NCBI GenBank assembly: GCA_964016885.1
Contig: OZ024744.1
Span: 7,564,001-7,628,000, forward strand
DNA: 64,000 nt
Origin: Eledone cirrhosa
Taxonomy: Eukaryota
Direction of reading: 5' to 3'
The translations under genes were made by a program, and so were the position numbers. The notes under the pieces are model-generated. The model was not told the DNA's origin. It did no database searches and worked only from the letters and a program-made list of their open reading frames with translations. Position 1 is the stretch's first letter. Each line of letters opens with the position of its first letter. Shown one piece after another: positions 54,786 through 64,000 of the stretch.

Positions 54786-55082
54786 GTGAGGGGTGGTGTT
54801 GGTCCTGTGCATTTCATATGTTTTATATTGCTTGTCTATCACTACACTGCTTTATCGATCTATCAATGATTGATCTGAAATCAATTTCTGACCTATTTTC
54901 TTTCCTTCCTCCATTACTTCCTTTTCACCCCCTCCTCCCCCTCCTCATCCTTCCCTTCCTCTTACTCACCTCTCTCTTTTCATTTTCTCTTTCCTTCTAA
55001 ATCATTATGAATTTTCTTCTTTTCTTCCTATTTCTCCTCGTCAGCCTCCTATCCCCTCACACCACCACCACCACCACTACTT

Positions 55083-55115
<33 letters not shown>

Positions 55116-55205
55116 GAGGCTCCTTATAACTGACCCTTGAAAAACATTCTCTATTTTCAGGCTACAATATGCAGTAACTATGGGAGCACATTATTAAACA
55201 AAAGA

Positions 55206-55392
55206 GGGCGATAGATTGGCAGTATCGATAGAGGGTCGGACGCCATGCTTTGCAGCAAAGAGTTACGGCCCTTTACGGTCTGAGTTCAAATCCCGCCGAG
55301 GTTAACTTTGCCTTTCATCCTTACGGGGTCGATAAAATAAAGTACCAGTAATGTACTGGGTAATTGCTGGCCTTGTGCCAAAAGTACAAACA
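55206..55392 (+). mobile_element. tRNA-derived SINE, TSD ATTATTAAACAAAAGA
   Basis: Same family as 34407-34593; further copies 59644-59818 (+) and 61042-61219 (-, TSD AACCACTATAATAAT). Confidence 0.85.
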
Positions 55393-55636
55393 ATTATTAA
55401 ACAAAAGACTGAATGACTGATGTCTTTGAAGTAATACATATATTTATTAAACAATAACAACAAAAAAGAATAGGAAACATAAGAAAAAATAGTAAATAAG
55501 AGAAAAAAGAGATTTTCTTTTACAATGACTCGGTTGGAAAGTCTCAGAAGAAGGCAAACTGTAAATTAATGGTCACTGTTGGAGTTGAAACTATATTTCT
55601 ACTTTTAAATATGATTTAGTAGTGGGCTTGCAACTG

Positions 55637-55881
55637 GAAGATAGTAACAACAAATAGAAAGACCAGTGGAAATAGTCTTCCCTAGGTCCCAACTGAAGAC
55701 TCCCAGTTCACTCGGTAAGCGAATGAGGTCAGGGAACATATATATATATACAAATATATATATATTAAACCATCGACAAGTTCCCTGACCTCATTCGCTT
55801 ACCGAGTGAACTGGGAGTCTTCAGTTGGGACCTAGGGAAGACTATTTCCACTGGTCTTTCTATTTGCTGTTATTATCTTCC
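55637..55881. repeat. Fold-back with ~100-bp arms and a (TA)-rich spacer
   Basis: 55637-55737 is the reverse complement of 55780-55881. Confidence 0.85.
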
Positions 55882-56066
55882 ATATATATAACAACATTTA
55901 ATATTTATTATAGAAATAGAAATTGCTTCTACAGGACTAGAACTGTTTCATTCGCTGGAAATCATCAGTTCTAGTTGTGTAGAACCCATTTCTGTAATAA
56001 AATATGTTGTATCCACTCTACTAATGTATTGAGTACCTGACTGTGGCTAGCCTCGATTGAACCCGG

Positions 56067-56194
<128 letters not shown>

Positions 56195-56384
56195 GATTGT
56201 GTCAACAGTTGGAAAAACCATATGTTGAGTTACACCTCGCTCAGCAAGCGGACTGGGATCTTGTTATGCCGGGAGAAATGGTCCGTGTCTGTGGCAGGTC
56301 TGTCTCTACCTGCTGAGATTATAGGAATAAGATAGCTGAGCAAAAACTACATTTACTACATCATAAAACCCCACAGTGTTGCCT

Positions 56385-57064
56385 GGCTCCATGCTCTGCC
56401 CTCCTTCTCCACTGGCATTCAGCTAGACAACCATAGCCTGCGAATCGACGTTTCCCTGAGGCTCGGCCTCCGGATCTGCCAGCCACACCAATGTCGCTGC
56501 GGTTCCACCGTGGACTCTTTCGGCCTCCTCCCACTTTCCTGTCGCCACAGTGCCTGCCGCATTCCACGCCATACTGCCCTCAACGAGGTCATTAAGCATG
56601 GCTTGGACGCTGCAGGCTTCCCTTCCCAGCTCGAGCCTGTGGGGCTGGATCGAGGGGACAGCAAAAGGCCAGATGGCATGACCATCTTCCCGTTCCGCGG
56701 TAGCAAACCTCTCGTCTGGGATGCTACTTGCACCGGCACTTTCTGCAGCCGCAACCTGGTGCAGTCTGCGACTGACCCAGGTTCTGCTGCACGTCGGGCT
56801 GAGGGGGCCAAACTCCTCAAATACAGGTCGCTCTCCGACAGGTTTGCGGTCGTTCCCCTGGCAGTGGAGACTTCTGGTGTCCTCGGCCCCAGGATAACCT
56901 CCTTACTCACCACCATAGGCGCTGAGCTGGCCAGCCGCAGGTGTGAGCCCCGCGAGTTGGAGTGGCTTTTCCAGCGTGTCTCCCTTGCCGTCCTCCGGGG
57001 AAACGCCTTCTCCATTCTGTCCGCCGGGGCTGTGGGTGGGCCCCATCGCGTACCAATACATTAG
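56385..57064 (+). pseudogene. CRE-clade non-LTR retrotransposon 3' part (Zn knuckle and restriction-like endonuclease)
   Basis: LRLGLRICQPHQCRCG...RH..LNEVI..EPVGLDRGDSKRPDGMTIFPF..LVWDATC..AE.AKLLKY..VPLAVETSGVLG..QRVSLAVLRGNA. Confidence 0.85.
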
Positions 57065-59044
57065 TTAAATACCATTCTTTCATCTGATACAACACAATAA
57101 AGACTAAAGCAATGGACAATATGTTTCGTTTTTCTCGAATAAAGGTGAAGATTTGACGAAACCGCGACGAAACTTGTCGAAATCATGACGTAGGTGACTT
57201 CGTCATAGATTGTTTTTTTCTAATCAACCACCTCTTAATATTTCGATCTGATCCACTCTGCCAGTCGCAACTCCAGGCAAAACAAGGCGGTATTTGGACT
57301 CAGAATACAGAGACTCCGAATAGATGTATCAAAACATACTGGTATAAACTTTTAATAATTCTGCAACAGCCTCACCTGATTTTTTTTTCTCGAAGCCGAA
57401 AAATGATGAACTGTGAAGTTGTCGTCGGCGAGATTCGAACACTGGGCACAGTGATCCGGAACAAATACTAAAGCTTAAGCAAAACCCAAATTAAATATTA
57501 AAACAATAAAATATATGGCTCCAACACTTTAACACCCTGTGAAGTATTCAGCTTTTACTGTTAACTCGGCATTTAGATTTATATTGTTGCAGTTAGTATT
57601 ATTATTATTATTCACTTTCATAATGTCATGCGCAGACTTTGGTACTGAGTGTTTGTTTGCCAAGAAACATCATCTCGAGAAGATGCCAAGCTGTGTTGTT
57701 GGCACGTGAAATCTTGGGTTCTATTCATACACCGGGCATTACTTTGTATTCTTGAATAATACGCCTCATTTCACGCTAATTTTGTTGTTAGGACAGAGGA
57801 CCTTGTCATTAACCGTTTTGTTACCAAACCGGCCACAACCAGCTCTGTTTCTATAGAATAAAGTCAACCATTTTAAAGGTTTCCAATTCCAAATTAAAAT
57901 CTCCCAATACAATTTTATATAAGAAAATAACATTAAGTTACTATCTTAGTAATGAAATAATTAATAATTTTATTAAATCTCTCAAAATTCTTCATTAATT
58001 AATCGAAACATTGTAATTCATTGGAAATGCAGTCATGAAAGTTTTAAGTGATAGTTAAAACCATCAATGAGTTACAATGTCATAAAACGGGAATAGGTGT
58101 GAGCTTTTCATTTCATTTATCTTTTAGTAGCACCCGGTTCAGATTTGACCGTTTTGAATATCTACACATATTTTACAGTAGGATAAAGAGCTTATAATAT
58201 GAAGTGGTTGTTGAAAGTATCGTAGCAGGTATTTGGAATTGTTTTATATTGTGTTAATCATCGAGAGACAAGATTGAATATATAATGTTGCAACCAGTTT
58301 AGGAAGTAATTCTGGATAGCGAGAATGTAGAGGGGGGGGGGAGTATGAAGAGATGCTTATGAGGAGGAGGAAGAGAGGCGTGACATGGAGGCACATGAGG
58401 AGAGTAAACGTGTGGTGGATGATGTGTGAGAGGATGAAGATGATGGATGGGAAGGAAAATGGAAGAGAAAAAACGAGATATCCCTTTGGTTTTCTACAAA
58501 CCGAAGACATGAAAATACAATTTACCGCATAAATTAACCATCGAAAATGTGACCTGTAATTTCTGTACTGGATTAACACTTTAAAGTTTCAGACGTCTTA
58601 GGGACGGCGCTAATATTAAATATTAAAGGATTACCTTGTTCAAAACGTCCTCCATGTTTTAAGACAGTGGGGTATGTTTTGAGAGGCGTTCGGCTGCTAT
58701 TTCTGTAAATGATTTCCATTTCAAGTTTTCGACATATCAAGTAAGGTGCCAACATTAAATATTAAAAGATTACATTGTTCAAAATGTCCTTCATCTTTTA
58801 AAGACAATCGGCTGGGGGAGAGGAGGGGGGGGGGCGTAACATTGAGATTAAACTGCTATTTCTAGCAAGAGGAATGATCACGTAAATCTAATCTTGTAAT
58901 TACTTGTTACTTTTGTTTATTTTATTTTTTTGTTTATGCTGTTTATTTATTGGTGAAGTTAAATTGCGTGTTTTGTCTGTTTGCTGCTGTTTATCACAAG
59001 TTGCTTGTAATTGTGATTATATATTAGATAAAACCTTGACTACC

Positions 59045-59434
59045 CACCATCATTTACTGCTGCTACTGCTGCTGCTTCTGCTACTACTACTGCTGATACT
59101 GCTGCTACTGCTACTACTACTGATGCTGCTGTAGCTGCTGCTACTACTACCACCACCACCACCACCACTACTACTACTACCACCACCACCACCACCACTA
59201 ATACTACTACTACTACTACTGATGCTGCTACTACTACCACCACCACTACCACCACCACCACCACCATCACCACCACCTCCATCAGCACCACCACTACTAC
59301 CACCATCACTACTACCACCACCACCACCACCACCACCACCACTACTACTACTACTACCACCATCACCACCACCACTACCACCACCATCACCACCACCACT
59401 ACTACCACCACCACTACTACCACCACTACTACTT

Positions 59435-59484
<50 letters not shown>

Positions 59485-59515
59485 GTTGTTGCTACTACTG
59501 TTGCTATTACTACTT
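59045..59515. repeat. Compound (CTG/CTA/CCA)n trinucleotide tract
   Basis: Direct inspection. Confidence 0.95.
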
Positions 59516-59939
59516 TGCTAAAGCTTCATAATTTGACGTGTTCGCGAGCAACGATTGAATGTCAACTAACTTCCTACAAACATGATATTCCTCTAAAAGT
59601 AATTTTCATTCTATGTAAAACTGTATCATGTAAATACAATTTTTGGCAGTATCGGTAGAGAGTCGGACGCCATACTTTCCAGCATAGTTACATCCCTTTA
59701 CGGTCTGAGTTCAAATCCCGCCAAGGTTGACTTTGCCTTTCATCCTTACGGGGTCGATAAAATGAAGTACCAGTAATGCACTGGGTAATTTGCTGGCCTT
59801 GTGCCTAAAGTAGAAAAAACAATTTTACAGTAAGGAAAAAAAAGAAAATTTAGATTGAGAAGAATGGAATTTAAAATAAGAAAAGTAAGGGAGTGTCATA
59901 GGCGAATGGAGAGGGTGAGTGTGATTGGGCTTTGGGCCT

Positions 59940-60230
59940 AAGGTATAGGGGAAGAAGGGCTGCGTCCCGCGGGCAAGACCACAAAAGCATTCTCGCGGAC
60001 AATGGCCAGCGACATATACGGCAACAGCCACCCCACCTCGGGCCGCTGACGTTCTGATCTTGCAGAGGAGCTCGACAGTCCAAGAACGCCTGAAGTCTCG
60101 ACGGAGACCGGTGTGAAGAGGAAATGACCGGACAATCACCGGTATTTGTTTATCTTCCTTTACTCTGCGTGGCGGGTCATAGCAGCAGGGTTTGCGGCCG
60201 AATCGACTAAGGTTACGAAACTCTCACACA
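59940..60230 (-). pseudogene. Second, decayed CRE-like RLE fragment
   Basis: FLFTPVSVETSGVLG..WLLPYMSLAIVRENA is similar to the region 56840-57010. Confidence 0.65.
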
Positions 60231-61960
60231 TGTAACAGAACAGTAAACATATTTATATGCAAATATGTTTTTAACTTATTTTCCAAAATTCATCGAACTT
60301 TGCTTGACCTATTTCTCTCGGTCACGTGTCAATAATAATAACAATGGCGTCTGAATTATGCACAATGTCAGCAATTTGGGCGGAATGGGAAAGTCAATTA
60401 AATTGGCCTTAGTACATGACTAGTACTTTATTTTAGGATGAGACTAGTATTTTAGGATGAGATGAAAAATAAAGGTAACTTCAATGGGAATTGAACTCAG
60501 AAATACCACAAAGCATTTGTTCGATGCTCTAAGGATTCTACCAATAATAATAATGATGGTTTCTCATTTAAGAATAGGGCCAGTAATCTTGATTTTATTT
60601 GTGGGGAGAGATTTTATTTGAAGTGAAAGCGTTTGATTTAGTGGTTAGAGAATTGTATTCACAATCGTGAGATTGCGAGATCGATTCTCGGACCGGGTGA
60701 TGCATTATATCCTTGAGCAAGACACTTTATTTCACGTTGCTTCTTCTGCCAGCAGTTGTGACTGGTAGATAGTATTAGCAATGGAAAGACATTGTTTCCT
60801 TGGTCCGATTTGATGAGTGCCATTCCAGTCGGTAACGGAATGAGGTCTAAAGTATTGTTGATCAAGTCTCTGTTGTGGAGGTGAGTCCGATAGAATCGAC
60901 GCCAGTACATGACTGGTATTTATTTTATTGATATTGAAAGATGTGAACAGCAACGGAATTTGACCACAGAACGTAAAATATCACAAAACATTGTCCGTCG
61001 CTCCCACGATTCTGCCAATTCACCACAACCACTATAATAATTGTATCTACTTTTGCCACAAGGCCAGCAATTAACAGTGTATTACTGGTACTTTATTTTA
61101 TCGACCCCGTAAGGATGAAAGGCAAAGTTAACCTCGGCGGGATTTGAACTCAGAATGGCATGGGCTGTAACTCAATGTGTCAAAGCATGGCACCCGACCC
61201 TCTACCGATACTGCCAATCAACCACTATAATAATGTTTTCTGATATAGTACTACTTTTGGGAGGTAGGGAAAATCGATTAAATAGACCCCAGTGCGTTAA
61301 TGGCTCTTTATTTTATCCACCATGAAAAGCAGCTAATCAGGGCGGGGTTGGGATTTGAACTCAGAACGTAAAGGGTCGTAGCTATATGCCGCAAAGTATG
61401 TTGTCCGACGCTCTACCGATACTACCAACCACCGACCTCGCCACTACTGTGATGATAATATTTTTAGATGATATAGGATGGAATATTGGTAAACTCATCA
61501 GAGAATCGAACGCATATATTGTAGCAATTTTTAAATTTTTATGTCAACTATATTTTACAATCAAAAGTTATAAAATGATGGAAAATATTTAAAAAATAGA
61601 TTTAAAAAAACTAATGAAAAAAAGGGAGGAAGGAATGAAGAAGGGCAAATCTGGCTGTATAGGAAAATAAAGGAAAGGACTATAAATGCCATGAATGAGA
61701 GGAAAAGGAGGGAAAGGACAAGGACTTTTAGCCACGGTTATTTACGTGAGGTCAACTTTGCATATTATACTTATTGGTTCCATAGAATAAAGTACCTGTC
61801 ACTTTCTGGCTTGGATTTAATCGATTGATTCCCACCCCCAGCCAAAATAATTGCTGACGTTTTTAAATTAGAAACCATTGTTGCATTATATGGTTTAAAT
61901 GTGTGTTGTTTGTATTATATACATATATATGTGTGTGTATATATATATATATATACATGC

Positions 61961-62053
<93 letters not shown>

Positions 62054-62072
62054 TATATATATATATATATAT

Positions 62073-63626
<1,554 letters not shown>

Positions 63627-63627
<1 letters not shown>

Positions 63628-64000
63628 ACAAACTCCAAAACCTTTGCGATACTATCCAAACTATGTTCTCTACTACCAACCCAGGAAAAACCAACGAAGA
63701 ACCATGTGAGATTGATTCATACAAAATGAGAATTCGAACAATTCCAAAATGGAACAAATCCCTCAGAGACAGAAAGTTCTCATTCTGGAAGATGATACAA
63801 AATCACAACAAAGCAGAGATATATGAAAAATGGCTTAACTCAACCCCTCTAACTCTCCCACGTAAACTACAAATAAAGTCCATTCCAAATGAACCCGAAC
63901 CTCAAGGACACCTTAGGGAAAGAATGGCATTGGAAAAATGAAGACAGAAATTGAACTTCTTAAACTGAGGGCCCAGACAAATGAGGAAAAAATCAAAACC
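63627..64000 (+). pseudogene. Helical/coiled-coil-like ORF fragment of unknown function with one frameshift, running off the window
   Basis: Open from the junction: DKLQNLCDTIQTMFSTT...WNKSLRDRKFSFWK..AEIYEKWL..LPRKLQ..RERMALE; a frameshift in an A-run continues as MKTEIELLKLRAQTNEEKIKT. Confidence 0.55.

Noticed and set aside
59040-59521. Poly-V, poly-P and poly-L ORFs, also poly-T at 54488-55000
   Set aside because: Trinucleotide microsatellite translations.

Overview
AT-rich, microsatellite-saturated eukaryotic DNA with no recognisable host gene. The SINE/RTE repertoire resembles an octopod cephalopod, but that is an inference. Almost all non-microsatellite sequence is transposon-derived. 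Penelope-like retroelements (PLEs) dominate: one apparently intact RT+GIY-YIG ORF (14094-16508, Nematis-like), a decayed near-full-length Neptune-like copy (20936-24280, minus) and several fragments. About 20 short fold-back insertions are built from PLE terminal repeats (pLTRs) and sit in or next to (TA)n tracts. Folding by eye finds about 30 type-I hammerhead-ribozyme motifs in at least 14 sequence families. Several have non-canonical cores shared by all copies of the family: U3-A8 swap, U3-A8 plus A13C, U4A, and long or branched stem II. Other highlights are an HIV-like -1 frameshift signal (U UUU UUA, 7-nt spacer, hairpin) opening the AUG-less Neptune RT frame, a candidate helical ORF1, and a pLTR promoter of E2F/E-box/CCAAT modules with fixed 14-nt spacing followed by TATA/Inr. 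Remnants of RTE, CR1-group, CRE and R4/Dong LINEs, Helitrons, a mariner and tRNA-derived SINEs with TSDs are also present. All RNA structures were folded manually and none was tested computationally or biochemically.
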